A stretch of 64,000 nucleotides of DNA from Escherichia coli (GCF_024223415.1 NZ_CP100500.1), one strand, 5' to 3'. Positions 43,473 to 54,212 are shown, numbered from the stretch's first letter. Notes: generated from the sequence alone by a model not told the origin. Numbers and translations: made by a program.

Positions 43473-43658
43473 GATTCGTATTTCCGTTTAAAATGAAGAT
43501 ACGGCGCGATGATACGCGTCGGGTTGTCTCTCTGTTGATACAGAGATACTAGATGTAGTTGAAAAAAAATTCAACCACACAAGATATAGCAAATAGTGGT
43601 CGAAAGTACCCTGGGTATGAGCGTGACGGGGTAGGGGGATTTTTGTGATTCACCAGGC

Positions 43659-43688
43659 AAAAAGAAACCCCGAAGACAGGCTTCGGGG
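43659..43688 (-). terminator. intrinsic terminator downstream of ygaM
   Basis: Minus-strand hairpin ccccgaag-cctgt-cttcgggg followed by TTTcTTTTT. Confidence 0.75.
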
Positions 43689-43719
43689 TCAAAGACGCGT
43701 ATTTATTATCATTTTTGCA

Positions 43720-44049
43720 CTACGATTTACGCATGCTCAACAACGCACCGATAAAAATACCTACCGCAGCAGCAGTTCCCACACTACACCAGGGTCTTTC
43801 ACGAACAAAAGAATCCGCGCAGCCAACGGCATCGCGTGCGGCTTGCTGGACGCGAGTACGACCATGCATTCGCGCCCTGGTTTCTTTCAGCAATGCCTGA
43901 GCTTTACTGCGTGCGGCTTCAGCTTCCCCTTTGGCGTCGCTGCCCCAGGACTTCAATACAGATTCGAGGCTGTCAGCTAATTGATTGACATCATTCTGGA
44001 TATCCTGCACGCCATCATCAACGTCGTTGCGGTTCGGTCGGTTAAACAT
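43720..44049 (-). CDS. ygaM: ElaB/YqjD-family ribosome-associated tail-anchored membrane protein YgaM
   Basis: ORF 43720..44061; start at MFNRPNRNDVDDGV gives 109 aa; C-terminal TM. Confidence 0.85.
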   Translation of the reverse strand: MFNRPNRNDVDDGVQDIQNDVNQLADSLESVLKSWGSDAKGEAEAARSKAQALLKETRARMHGRTRVQQAARDAVGCADSFVRERPWCSVGTAAAVGIFIGALLSMRKS

Positions 44050-44200
44050 ATGATCCCCCATTAGAATTCGATGTAATTTTCAGTGTAGACCATAATTTTC
44101 TTAACTGAGGTTCATCGCGGCTTTATGGACTTTTCTGAAAGCGTTGTGAATGCGCAATCAGGTAAGGTAGGCCCGCGGTTGATAATAACGAGGATCAAAT

Positions 44201-44545
44201 ATGTATTTACGACCAGACGAGGTGGCGCGCGTACTTGAAAAAGTCGGTTTTACTGTCGATGTGGTAACCCAGAAAGCGTATGGTTACCGCCGTGGGGAAA
44301 ATTATGTCTATGTTAATCGCGAAGCGCGAATGGGACGTACCGCACTGGTAATTCATCCAACATTAAAAGAACGTAGTTCGACACTGGCTGAACCCGCTTC
44401 CGATATTAAAACTTGCGATCATTATCAACAATTTCCGCTCTATTTAGCAGGCGAGCGACACGAGCATTACGGTATCCCGCATGGCTTTAGTTCGCGTGTT
44501 GCGCTTGAACGTTATTTGAATGGTTTATTTGGCGAAGCCAGTTAA
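44201..44545 (+). CDS. ygaC: uncharacterized protein YgaC (DUF2002)
   Basis: 114 aa. Confidence 0.85.
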
Positions 44546-44551
44546 AGACGC

Positions 44552-44572
44552 GACTGGCGATGCCAGTCGCGA
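44552..44572. other. hairpin between convergent ygaC and alaE
   Basis: gcgactggc-gat-gccagtcgc, 9-bp perfect stem; weak U-runs on both strands. Confidence 0.45.
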
Positions 44573-44581
44573 AAAGAAGAG

Positions 44582-45031
44582 TCAGGCTTTTACCTGCTGG
44601 TAATGGCTGACTTTAAACAGTCGGCGGCAATAATCGAGGAAGTAGCCATAAACCGCCCCCATCAACATCGAAACAACGATGTTTGAACTGACCGCCGCCA
44701 TAATCTGATGCCAGTCTGCGCCCACCACTAACAAGATCGCCACATACACCGGTGACTGGAACGTCACATAAGCCAGGATATCCGCCAGATTTTTTATCCA
44801 GCCCGACGGGCTAACTTTGCGTGCCGCGCGCATAAACAGATCGCGGTACATACCGTATGGCCATGCAATTAAGATGTTCACCGGAATCGCTACCAATCTG
44901 GAATAAAAAGACTGTTCGAAGCTCATTCCGGAGAGGAAAACTTCAATACACATGTTCACGACAGAACAGTAAACAACCATCGCGAACGTATCTGCAACTG
45001 CATGACGCAAGCGTGACTGCGGTGAGAACAT
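44582..45031 (-). CDS. alaE: L-alanine exporter AlaE
   Basis: 149 aa membrane protein. Confidence 0.88.
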   Translation of the reverse strand: MFSPQSRLRHAVADTFAMVVYCSVVNMCIEVFLSGMSFEQSFYSRLVAIPVNILIAWPYGMYRDLFMRAARKVSPSGWIKNLADILAYVTFQSPVYVAILLVVGADWHQIMAAVSSNIVVSMLMGAVYGYFLDYCRRLFKVSHYQQVKA

Positions 45032-45697
45032 GCTAATGCTCCTTAATAAAAGCGTAATGGGATGTTAATGGAGATGAAAGCAGTGGATCTCATTGCCATC
45101 TGCATTTTCTCATAGCGTATATCGCTGGCTATGACTAATCAATTAGTGAAAAATTTTTATTTAGTCAGTTTTTGTAGATAAAATATTCCGTAACGGCTCG
45201 TTTTTTGTACATTGTGGGTTTTTACATGCCGATATGATTTATTTTCAATTAAATCAATTAGATATGACCTTGCCTTTAATTTCACTAATGAAAGTTTGGG
45301 GTGAGGTAACGCTATAAGCGTAGAGAATTCGGTGTATGTCGTGACCGGGTCATTTACAGCATTTTTTATGCCAGAAAATGTACATTAACAGCAGAAAGCA
45401 CCAGTGAGGGGTGTTTTCTTTTATTCTATTATATTGCATTTTTATTCACTTCGGTTTTGTCAGGCTTGCGGAATTAGCGAGCATAGAGCGCCACTCTGTT
45501 CACCAATAACCTAAATTACTCATCAAAATGGCTAATATATAATCTTGAAATTATTCTGAGAGTTTCAGAAAATAACAGCTGAAATAATCTCGCGCAGGAC
45601 TGTAAATAGATTAAATTTTGTGGAAATATAATAAGTGATCGCTTACACTACGCGACGAAATACTTTTTTGTTTTGGCGTTAAAAGGTTTTCTTTATT

Positions 45698-46102
45698 ATG
45701 TCCGTAATGTTACAAAGTTTAAATAACATTCGCACCCTCCGTGCGATGGCTCGCGAATTCTCCATTGACGTTCTTGAAGAAATGCTCGAAAAATTCAGGG
45801 TTGTCACTAAAGAAAGACGTGAAGAAGAAGAACAGCAGCAGCGTGAACTGGCAGAGCGCCAGGAAAAAATTAGCACCTGGCTGGAGCTGATGAAAGCTGA
45901 CGGAATTAATCCGGAAGAGTTATTGGGTAATAGCTCTGCTGCTGCACCACGCGCTGGTAAAAAACGCCAGCCGCGTCCGGCGAAATATAAATTCACCGAT
46001 GTTAACGGTGAAACTAAAACCTGGACCGGTCAGGGCCGTACACCGAAGCCAATTGCTCAGGCGCTGGCAGAAGGTAAATCTCTCGACGATTTCCTGATCT
46101 AA
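45698..46102 (+). CDS. stpA: H-NS paralogue StpA
   Basis: 134 aa; H-NS-like N-terminal coiled coil and C-terminal [12 protein letters not shown]-binding motif. Confidence 0.95.
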   Translation: MSVMLQSLNNIRTLRAMAREFSIDVLEEMLEKFRVVTKERREEEEQQQRELAERQEKISTWLELMKADGINPEELLGNSSAAAPRAGKKRQPRPAKYKFTDVNGETKTWTGQGRTPKPIAQALAEGKSLDDFLI

Positions 46103-46110
46103 TTACTGAG

Positions 46111-46140
46111 GCCGGATGTCGCTGCCAGGGCGCGTCCGGC
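46111..46140. repeat. REP-like palindromic hairpin between stpA and ygaP
   Basis: gccggatgtcgctgccagggcgcgtccggc with gccgga/tccggc ends. Confidence 0.5.
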
Positions 46141-46148
46141 GTCGCTTC

Positions 46149-46673
46149 TCAAGCTCGTTGGTTCCACGGCATCTTATCTAACAACCTTGCCATTCCACAA
46201 AAACCGCTGATTCCTGCAAACAGTAACCCGGCACCAACAAAGCCACTTAATAAGAAGAAACCGCTATTTACGGTATAACCCAGTACAACGCCGATTAATA
46301 TTAAACCACCCGCAGCGATCTGCACCTGGCGCATTAACGGCAAGGGTTGAGATTTATTTACCGCTACTGGCAATCCTGCTTTTTTCCAGCCATCAATCCC
46401 ATCTTCGAGTAAAAAGATTTCTGCGGGGGCGGCAATCGCTGCTAATTTATCGGCATTATTACTGGTGCGTTTACCTGCCTGGCAGTGGAATATAATTTGC
46501 TCGCGACGTAATTTAGCCGGGAGACCTGACTGTTCCAGCACGGATAATGGAGCCAGATCTGCTTCAGGAATATGTTCACGAAGATATTCATCAGCGTCAC
46601 GAATATCGATTAACTTTGCGCCGCGTGCGATTAATTCTTGTGCATCATGCGGCGAAATGGTTGTCAAAGCCAT
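46149..46673 (-). CDS. ygaP: rhodanese-domain inner membrane sulfurtransferase YgaP
   Basis: 174 aa; rhodanese active-site Cys (HCQAGKR) and C-terminal TM helices. Confidence 0.88.
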   Translation of the reverse strand: MALTTISPHDAQELIARGAKLIDIRDADEYLREHIPEADLAPLSVLEQSGLPAKLRREQIIFHCQAGKRTSNNADKLAAIAAPAEIFLLEDGIDGWKKAGLPVAVNKSQPLPLMRQVQIAAGGLILIGVVLGYTVNSGFFLLSGFVGAGLLFAGISGFCGMARLLDKMPWNQRA

Positions 46674-46682
46674 AGTGACTCC

Positions 46683-46982
46683 TTACGGACAATAGACATT
46701 TTTCAGGGTGGCGATAATGGCATTTACCGCCTCATTTTTAATGGAATATAGAATGCGTTGGGTATCCCGTTGGCTGTCGATAAGCCCTTCGTCCCGCATA
46801 CGGGCGAGATGCTGTGATGTCGCAGAGGCACTCAGTCCGGTAATGCGCGTCAGCTCTCCCGCGCTGGTGCCGGGGGAACCGCTAAGCATGCACAGAATCA
46901 GCAACCGTTTAGGGTGGCTCATTGCTTTCAATAAGGCCGCTGCCTGTTCGGCACTGGCCTGTAATTGCGCGAGTTCAGTCAT
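46683..46982 (-). CDS. ygaV: ArsR/SmtB-family transcriptional regulator YgaV
   Basis: 99 aa; wHTH. Confidence 0.88.
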   Translation of the reverse strand: MTELAQLQASAEQAAALLKAMSHPKRLLILCMLSGSPGTSAGELTRITGLSASATSQHLARMRDEGLIDSQRDTQRILYSIKNEAVNAIIATLKNVYCP

Positions 46983-47164
46983 ATTTATTTAAGCATTTCC
47001 TAAATTAAGTAAACTCTAAACTAAAAATGCAACATATACCAGCCTCAGCAGCGTAAATGAGAGTAAAAGCGTAAGCTGAAACTGGCAGCCTCCGCTAAAA
47101 TTACTACGCTTAAGAGATAAAATCTCTTTTTAAACAATGAGTAATTTTCTTATAGGGAGTACAT

Positions 47165-47323
47165 ATGGGTTTCTGGAGAATCGTCATCACCATCATTCTG
47201 CCGCCGCTCGGCGTGCTGCTCGGTAAAGGGTTCGGTTGGGCGTTCATTATTAATATTCTGCTGACACTGCTTGGGTATATCCCCGGTTTGATTCACGCGT
47301 TCTGGGTGCAAACCCGCGATTAA
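47165..47323 (+). CDS. yqaE: Pmp3/UPF0057-family small membrane protein YqaE (52 aa)
   Basis: ATG at 47165 after GGGAG RBS; MGFWRIVITIILPPLGVLLGKGFGWAFIINILLTLLGYIPGLIHAFWVQTRD; below the ORF-track length cutoff. Confidence 0.85.
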   Translation: MGFWRIVITIILPPLGVLLGKGFGWAFIINILLTLLGYIPGLIHAFWVQTRD

Positions 47324-47406
47324 ACCTGTGCTCACCCCCGCGGCGTTAACGCGCCGCGTTCCTCTGCTACACTTTCTGAGTGTTTCCGTTAACGAATGAG
47401 GTAGCT

Positions 47407-47856
47407 ATGGGTCTGTTCAATTTTGTGAAAGATGCCGGAGAAAAACTCTGGGACGCGGTTACAGGTCAGCACGATAAAGACGATCAGGCGAAGAAGGTGC
47501 AGGAGCATCTGAGCAAAACCGGTATACCTGATGCCGATAAAGTGAACATTCAAATTGCCGACGGCAAAGCGACGGTCACTGGTGACGGTCTGAGTCAGGA
47601 GGCGAAAGAGAAAATCCTTGTTGCGGTGGGGAATATTTCCGGCATTGCCAGTGTTGATGATCAGGTGAAAACGGCGACACCAGCCACTGCCAGCCAGTTT
47701 TATACCGTTAAGTCTGGCGATACTCTGAGTGCCATTTCCAAACAGGTCTACGGTAACGCTAATCTGTACAATAAAATCTTCGAAGCGAATAAACCGATGC
47801 TAAAAAGCCCGGATAAAATTTATCCGGGGCAAGTGTTGCGTATTCCAGAAGAGTAG
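47407..47856 (+). CDS. kbp: potassium-binding BON/LysM domain protein Kbp (YgaU)
   Basis: ORF 47380..47856; start at [14 protein letters not shown] gives 149 aa; C-terminal LysM ([14 protein letters not shown]). Confidence 0.9.
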   Translation: MGLFNFVKDAGEKLWDAVTGQHDKDDQAKKVQEHLSKTGIPDADKVNIQIADGKATVTGDGLSQEAKEKILVAVGNISGIASVDDQVKTATPATASQFYTVKSGDTLSAISKQVYGNANLYNKIFEANKPMLKSPDKIYPGQVLRIPEE

Positions 47857-48519
47857 TTAATTGCCAGCCATCGCCTGCTGGATAATGGGAATTGGCGTCA
47901 GTAAATGCTGGCGCATTAACTCACTGGCGCGCGCGGTATCTCGCGCCAGTACCGCCGCAGTCAGGGTCTGGTGCTGATCGTGTTTATCCTCCAGCATTTC
48001 CACCGAAAGCACTGTTTGTCGCAGCCAGATAAATCGATAGCGCGCCGCCAGATCAAACAACCGTTCACGCATTTGCAGCAAATAGTGAGAACCACAGCCT
48101 GCCACAATTGCCGTATGAAACGCCTGATGACGCAGATCCCACTCATCAAGCATTTTCTCGCTGGCGTCACGGGCCTCAAGCTTACTCAACAGATGCGCTT
48201 TTGCGAGAACGTCTGCCTCCCACTCATCGCCACCGCGGGCAATCGCCAGACTCACTAACATCGCTTCCATATTGGCGCGGGCATCGAAAATATCGAGCAA
48301 CTCCTGCTCTGACATAGACGCCACCCGATACCCTTTTTGATTCACCACCGTGACCAGCCGTTCCGCCACCAGTTGCGAAAGAGCTTCCCGTAACGGCCCA
48401 ACGCCAAGTGCATAACGCGATGTCAGCAAACTCATTCGTAATTTTTCATCCGGTTGAAAATTACCGCGAATAATATCGTTCTTCAGCCAGCGATAGCCAT
48501 CCAGAGACGTAATGGTCAT
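47857..48519 (-). CDS. csiR: GntR/FadR-family regulator CsiR
   Basis: ORF 47857..48537; start at MTITSLDGYRWLK gives 220 aa. Confidence 0.9.
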   Translation of the reverse strand: MTITSLDGYRWLKNDIIRGNFQPDEKLRMSLLTSRYALGVGPLREALSQLVAERLVTVVNQKGYRVASMSEQELLDIFDARANMEAMLVSLAIARGGDEWEADVLAKAHLLSKLEARDASEKMLDEWDLRHQAFHTAIVAGCGSHYLLQMRERLFDLAARYRFIWLRQTVLSVEMLEDKHDQHQTLTAAVLARDTARASELMRQHLLTPIPIIQQAMAGN

Positions 48520-48539
48520 GGTGTGACTCCTGATCATTA

Positions 48540-49940
48540 TCAGCGCGTATTATGAACGGGTGTTTTTTGCCACAATACCAGCTTTTTCCAGCGAGCCATA
48601 ATTGGCACGGTACAGATAATCCCTATCGCTAATAAGCCGGTAGAGATCACTTCTAACTGTTGCGCCGGGCGGAATAACATCACCACCAACACAAAGGTAA
48701 TAAAGCCGATTACCAGCCAGGTGAGCCACGGGTAAAGCCACATGCGCAAGCGAATTTCGCTTCCTTCTGCTCGCAGAATTTTACGCATCCGCAACTGTGA
48801 AACGGCGATGACTAAATAAACCAGCAGGGCGATAGCACCGGAGCTGTCTATCAGGAATTTAAACACTTTCGCAGGTGCGTAATAGTTCACCACCACCGTT
48901 AAAAATGCCGCGCCGGTGGAGAGTAACACCGCCACGTACGGGGTTTTACTGCGGTTGATTTTACCCATTACCGCGGGCGCATCACCGCGACGGCTTAAGG
49001 AGTAGAGCATCCTGGAAGCGGTATACAGCGCCGAGTTCAGGCAACTGGTTACGGAAAGTAATATCACGCAGTCCATGATTAATTTCGCATGGGGAATATT
49101 GAGCAATTCCAGAACCGAGCGATAAGAACCAACGGCTTTCAGCCCCGGCATATTCCACGGTATTAATGCCACGACGACAAAAATAGAGCATAAATAGAAA
49201 ATAGAAATACGCCAGATAACCGAGTTGGTGGCGCGGACAATATGTTTTTCCGGCGTGTCGGATTCCGCGGCGGCAATGGTGACAATTTCTGCGCCCATAA
49301 ACGAGAACATGGTGATCAACATCGCGCTTAATACCGCGCCGAAGCCGTTGGGCATAAAGCCGCCGCTATCCCACAATCTTGAAATACCGCTCACGTCGGC
49401 ATACGGGTAAAAACCGCTAATTGCGACTGCACCAAGGAAAATAAAGGCCAGGATAGCGATGACTTTGCACAGCGCCAGCCAGAACTCAAATTCGCCGTAG
49501 TTTTTAACGCTTAATAAATTACTGCCAGTTAAGGCGAGGGTAATGACGAGGGAAAATAACCAGATGGGAATGCCTGGAACCCACGAGTGCAGGATCATGG
49601 CGGCGATGTTGGCTTCCAGTGGGATAACCAGTACCCAAAACCACCAGTACAGCCAGCCGATGGTATAGCCCGCCCAGCGGCCAATGGCTTTATCGGCATA
49701 GGTGGAAAACGAACCGGTATCGGGCGTGGCAACCGCCATTTCCGCCAACATCCGCATAATCATAACCACCAGTAGCCCGGCGAACAGATAGGCCAGTAAT
49801 ACCGCCGGGCCCGCTTCGGCGATGGCGACGCTGGAACCGACAAACAGACTTGCGCCGATAACACCGGCAATAGACAACATGGTGACATGGCGTGACTTCA
49901 GCCCGCCGCCTAACTCATGTGGTTGCGATGATTGCCCCAT
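48540..49940 (-). CDS. gabP: gamma-aminobutyrate permease GabP (APC family)
   Basis: ORF 48540..50003; start at MGQSSQPHELGGGLKSRHV gives 466 aa. Confidence 0.93.
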   Translation of the reverse strand: MGQSSQPHELGGGLKSRHVTMLSIAGVIGASLFVGSSVAIAEAGPAVLLAYLFAGLLVVMIMRMLAEMAVATPDTGSFSTYADKAIGRWAGYTIGWLYWWFWVLVIPLEANIAAMILHSWVPGIPIWLFSLVITLALTGSNLLSVKNYGEFEFWLALCKVIAILAFIFLGAVAISGFYPYADVSGISRLWDSGGFMPNGFGAVLSAMLITMFSFMGAEIVTIAAAESDTPEKHIVRATNSVIWRISIFYLCSIFVVVALIPWNMPGLKAVGSYRSVLELLNIPHAKLIMDCVILLSVTSCLNSALYTASRMLYSLSRRGDAPAVMGKINRSKTPYVAVLLSTGAAFLTVVVNYYAPAKVFKFLIDSSGAIALLVYLVIAVSQLRMRKILRAEGSEIRLRMWLYPWLTWLVIGFITFVLVVMLFRPAQQLEVISTGLLAIGIICTVPIMARWKKLVLWQKTPVHNTR

Positions 49941-50090
49941 CCTGAATCCTCTCGAAAGTGTGTCACTTGGGAGAGCGCCCCGACATTTCCCGCGTCGGGT
50001 CACGCGTTTAATTGTTATTGATTCTTTTTGCCGGAGAGCGGCTCCGCCTTACCCGGCCAACATAGATTTCTTCCTGTTCACGTACAGATT

Positions 50091-50167
50091 GTCGGATGCG
50101 GCGTTAACACCTTATCCGACCTACACTCTCGTAGGCCGGACAAGACGCGTAAGCGTCGCCTCCGGCA
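50091..50167. repeat. REP/BIME element
   Basis: gtcggatgcggcgttaacaccttatccgacctaca ... gtaggccggacaagacgcgtaagcgtcgcctccggca between gabT and gabP. Confidence 0.85.
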
Positions 50168-50178
50168 TGGGGGCGGTG

Positions 50179-51459
50179 CTACTGCTTCGCCTCAGCAAAA
50201 CACTGGCCGATGATCTCCAGACCCTGACGAATCTGAGCATCTTCAATTGTGAGCGGTACAAGGATGCGCAGCACGTTGTAATACGGGCCGCAGGAGAGAA
50301 GAATCAGACCTTTATCGCGGGCGCGCGCCACGATTTCGGCGGTGAGTTTGGCGTCCGGTTTGCTGTGATCGCCATCTTCAAACAGCTCGATGGCGATCAT
50401 CGCTCCCAGCCCGCGTACGTCGCCGATCTCCGGGTGTTTTTCGGCTATCGCCAGCAATCCATCTTTCAACTTCTGCCCCAGATCGTTGGCTTTTTGCAGC
50501 AGATTTTCCTGCTCAAACACCTTCAACACTTCCAGCGCAGCCACGCAGGCAATCGGGTTACCCGCATAGGTGCCGCCCAGACCGCCTGGAGCGACGGCAT
50601 CCATCACTTCCGCGCGCCCGGTGACGCCCGCCAGCGGGAAGCCGCCTGCGATCGATTTCGCAAAGGTGGTAAGATCTGGTGCCACGCCCATTTGCTCCAT
50701 CGCAAACAGCGTGCCGGTACGCCCCGCGCCGCTCTGCACTTCATCGGCAATCAGCATGATCCCGTGCTCATCACACAGCGCGCGTAAACGCTGCATAAAA
50801 GCTGGCGTCGCGGCGTAGAAACCGCCTTCGCCCTGAACCGGCTCAATCACGATGGCGGCAATATCTTCCGGCGCCGCATCATTTTTAAAAATTCGGTGGA
50901 TACTGGCGATAGCATCATCTTCACTGATGCCGTGCAGTGGGCAAGGATAAAGCGCGCGATAAACGTGCCCTGGCATCAGGCCCATGCCCGCAGAGTACGG
51001 ATTCACCTTGCCGGTCAGCGCCAGCGTGTAATGCGTGCGCCCGTGATACGCGCCGCTAAAAGCGATGGTGCCGCTACGTTTGGTGGCAGCGCGGGCGATT
51101 TTCACCGCGTTTTCCACCGCTTCGGAACCGGTCGTAACCAGCAGCGTTTTCTTGGCGAAATCGCCTGGCACCTTCTGATTCATAATCTCGCACAGCTCCA
51201 GATACGGCTCGTAAGCCAGCACCTGGAAGCAGGTGTGCGACAATTTTTTCAACTGCGCTTCCACCGCCGCAACCACTTTCGGATGCAGGTGCCCGGTATT
51301 GAGCACCGCAATGCCGCCCGCGAAATCAAGATACTCACGGCCTTCAACGTCCCACACCCGGCAGTTTTCCGCGCGGTCAGCGAAAATCGGGTGAATTTGC
51401 CCAACGCCACGGGGAATCGCCTGACTGCGGCGCTGCATTAACTCTTTATTGCTGCTCAT
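50179..51459 (-). CDS. gabT: 4-aminobutyrate aminotransferase GabT (PLP-dependent)
   Basis: 426 aa. Confidence 0.95.
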   Translation of the reverse strand: MSSNKELMQRRSQAIPRGVGQIHPIFADRAENCRVWDVEGREYLDFAGGIAVLNTGHLHPKVVAAVEAQLKKLSHTCFQVLAYEPYLELCEIMNQKVPGDFAKKTLLVTTGSEAVENAVKIARAATKRSGTIAFSGAYHGRTHYTLALTGKVNPYSAGMGLMPGHVYRALYPCPLHGISEDDAIASIHRIFKNDAAPEDIAAIVIEPVQGEGGFYAATPAFMQRLRALCDEHGIMLIADEVQSGAGRTGTLFAMEQMGVAPDLTTFAKSIAGGFPLAGVTGRAEVMDAVAPGGLGGTYAGNPIACVAALEVLKVFEQENLLQKANDLGQKLKDGLLAIAEKHPEIGDVRGLGAMIAIELFEDGDHSKPDAKLTAEIVARARDKGLILLSCGPYYNVLRILVPLTIEDAQIRQGLEIIGQCFAEAKQ

Positions 51460-51472
51460 TCGCGTTCTCCAG

Positions 51473-52921
51473 TTAAAGACCGATGCACATATATTTGATT
51501 TCTAAGTAATCTTCGATGCCATACTTCGAACCTTCACGACCCAGACCCGAGGCTTTAATGCCGCCGAACGGGGCCACTTCATTGGAAATAATCCCGGTAT
51601 TGATGCCGACGATGCCGTACTCCAGCGCTTCGCCCACGCGGAAGACGCGGCTTAAATCACGGGCGTAGAAATAGGCGGCAAGACCAAATTCGGTGTCATT
51701 GGCTTGCGCAATCACATCGGCTTCATCTTTAAAGCGGAATAGCGGGGCGAGGGGGCCGAACGTCTCTTCTTTCGACACTTTGGCGTTGGCCGGAACGTCC
51801 ACCAGAATGGTCGGCTGGAAGAAGTTGCCGCCGCGTTCATGTGCTTTACCGCCGCAAACCACGCGCGCGCCTTTCTCCAGCGCATCGGCGATATGCTCTT
51901 CCACTTTTGCTACCGCTTTTTCATCAATCAGCGGCCCAATAGTGACGCCTTTCTCCAGCCCGTCGCCGATGTGCAGTTTGCTCACCGCCTGCTGCAATTT
52001 TTCGGCAAAACGGTCATACACGCCGTCCTGCACGTATAAACGGTTGGCGCAGACGCAGGTTTGCCCGGCGTTGCGGAATTTCGAGGCCAGCGCGCCTTCC
52101 ACGGCTTTGTCGAGGTCGGCATCGTCAAAGACGATAAACGGCGCGTTGCCGCCCAGCTCCAGCGACACTTTTTTGATGTCTTTCGCGCACTGTTCCATTA
52201 ACTGGCGGCCAATTTCGGTCGAGCCGGTAAACGACAGTTTGCGTACCAGCGGGTTGCTGGTCAGTTCATTACCCACCGCGCCCGCCGAACCGGTGACCAC
52301 GTTAAACACGCCAGCCGGAATGCCCGCGCGGATCGCCAGCTCCGCCAGCGCCAGCGCAGAGAACGGCGTCTGACTGGCGGGCTTCAGCACCATCGTGCAG
52401 CCTGCCGCCAGCGCCGGACCGGCTTTGCGGGTAATCATCGCCGCCGGGAAGTTCCACGGCGTGATAGCCGCGGTGACGCCAATCGGCTGCTTGATAACAA
52501 TCAGGCGTTTATCGGCCTGGTGACCGGGAATGGTGTCGCCATAAATACGTTTGCCTTCTTCGGCAAACCACTCAATAAAAGAGGCGGCGTAGCTGATTTC
52601 ACCTTTCGCTTCAGCCAGTGGTTTGCCCTGTTCGAGGGTCATCAGGCGCGCTAAATCGTCCTGATGCTCCATCATCAAATTGAACCAGTTGCGCAGAATG
52701 TTGGCGCGTTCTTTGGCGGTGAGCGCACGCCAGGCGGGCAGGGCGCGGTTGGCGGCGTCGATAGCGGCGCGAGTTTCATCAGCGCCCATTTTCGGCACGC
52801 TACCCAGCTTGTCGCCGTTCGCCGGATTGGTGACGTCGATGACTTCACCATTGTTGGCGTCCAGCCATTCCCCGTTAATCAACGCCTGCTGGCGGAATAA
52901 TTTACTGTCGTTAAGTTTCAT
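51473..52921 (-). CDS. gabD: NADP-dependent succinate-semialdehyde dehydrogenase GabD
   Basis: 482 aa; aldehyde dehydrogenase motifs. Confidence 0.95.
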   Translation of the reverse strand: MKLNDSKLFRQQALINGEWLDANNGEVIDVTNPANGDKLGSVPKMGADETRAAIDAANRALPAWRALTAKERANILRNWFNLMMEHQDDLARLMTLEQGKPLAEAKGEISYAASFIEWFAEEGKRIYGDTIPGHQADKRLIVIKQPIGVTAAITPWNFPAAMITRKAGPALAAGCTMVLKPASQTPFSALALAELAIRAGIPAGVFNVVTGSAGAVGNELTSNPLVRKLSFTGSTEIGRQLMEQCAKDIKKVSLELGGNAPFIVFDDADLDKAVEGALASKFRNAGQTCVCANRLYVQDGVYDRFAEKLQQAVSKLHIGDGLEKGVTIGPLIDEKAVAKVEEHIADALEKGARVVCGGKAHERGGNFFQPTILVDVPANAKVSKEETFGPLAPLFRFKDEADVIAQANDTEFGLAAYFYARDLSRVFRVGEALEYGIVGINTGIISNEVAPFGGIKASGLGREGSKYGIEDYLEIKYMCIGL

Positions 52922-52943
52922 TGTTACGTCCTGTTTTCAAAGG

Positions 52944-54212
52944 TTATTGATTAAATGCGGCGTGTAAGGCATCCACACTACGTGCCGCTCGCAGCGTGCG
53001 TCCGGGGTTACTCTGGCTTGCCAACAGCGTTTGTACCTTGCTGACAATATGCGCACCAATAGGAATTGCTGATGTCGCTGCCGGGGAGGGCGCGTTGCAG
53101 GTGTGGATCGTGCGCGGGGTGGTGACAAACAGAAAATCGTCAATCAGCTTGCCGTCCGGCGATACCGCCTGCGCCCGCACACCGGCGGGCCAGGGCTGGA
53201 GATCGCTTAACGAAAGCCGGGGACAATACTTTTGCACCAGCCGCAGATAGCCGCTTTTGCAAAGCGAGTTTTTCATCTCGCCCAGTCCTGAGCGTAGATG
53301 GTTTTGCAGCACCCGGCGAATCCCCGACGAGCTCAAAATCTCCAGCGTGTCACTAAATGAGAAGTCGCGCTTGCGATAGCCTTCGCGTTTGAAAGCCAGC
53401 ACCGCGTTTGGCCCGACGGTCACGCTGCCGTCGATCATGCGGGTGAGATGCACGCCCAAAAATGGCATCGCCGGGTCGGGAATGGGGTAAATCAGGTGGT
53501 TAACAATCTGGTTATGCTCCGGCGCCAGGCGGAAATACTCGCCGCGGAACGGGCAGATGATAAAGCCCGGTTCGAGGCCGAGCATTTTCACTAGCCGGTC
53601 AGCCATCAGCCCGGAACAGCTAATCAGCGTCGATGCTTCATAGTCGCCGCCCTGACGGGTACGTATCACCACGCCGCTTTTATGCTCACTAAGGCCGCTG
53701 ACTTCGGCGTTATAGATAATCTCGCCGCCTCTGGCCTGGAAAATTTTTGCCATCGCCGCCGTTACTTCGCGGTAGCTGACAATGCCGCTGGACGGCACAA
53801 AAATACCGCCAAGCCCGGTGATATTCGGTTCGCGCTCGCGCAGTTCATCGGCGTTTAACCACTCGCGCTCGATACCGTTCGCGGCCGTGCGTTCCCATAA
53901 GGCGCGCATCCGTTCCATTTCGAGTTCAGACGTGGCGACCAGCATCTTGCCGCAGTTGTCGTAGCGAATGCCGTTTCGATCGCAAAAGGCTTTGGTGGCG
54001 CGGTTTCCCGCCAGGCAAAACTGCGCCTTCAGACTGCCGGGCGTGTAATAAACCCCGGCATGGATCACGCCGCTGTTGTGGCCCGTCTGGTGACAGGCCG
54101 GGCCGGACTCTTTTTCCAGCAACGCAATGCGTGCGTCCGGATAGACATCAATCAGTTGCATGGCGGTCGACATGCCGATGATGCCGCCGCCAATAATCAC
54201 AAAATCATACAT
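52944..54212 (-). CDS. lhgO: L-2-hydroxyglutarate oxidase/dehydrogenase LhgO (YgaF)
   Basis: ORF 52944..54278; start at MYDFVIIGGGIIG (FAD motif) gives 422 aa. Confidence 0.9.
   Translation of the reverse strand: MYDFVIIGGGIIGMSTAMQLIDVYPDARIALLEKESGPACHQTGHNSGVIHAGVYYTPGSLKAQFCLAGNRATKAFCDRNGIRYDNCGKMLVATSELEMERMRALWERTAANGIEREWLNADELREREPNITGLGGIFVPSSGIVSYREVTAAMAKIFQARGGEIIYNAEVSGLSEHKSGVVIRTRQGGDYEASTLISCSGLMADRLVKMLGLEPGFIICPFRGEYFRLAPEHNQIVNHLIYPIPDPAMPFLGVHLTRMIDGSVTVGPNAVLAFKREGYRKRDFSFSDTLEILSSSGIRRVLQNHLRSGLGEMKNSLCKSGYLRLVQKYCPRLSLSDLQPWPAGVRAQAVSPDGKLIDDFLFVTTPRTIHTCNAPSPAATSAIPIGAHIVSKVQTLLASQSNPGRTLRAARSVDALHAAFNQ

Noticed and set aside
44552-44572. Hairpin between ygaC and alaE as a bidirectional intrinsic terminator
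   Set aside because: Stem is good but neither strand has a convincing U-run; kept only as a structural feature.
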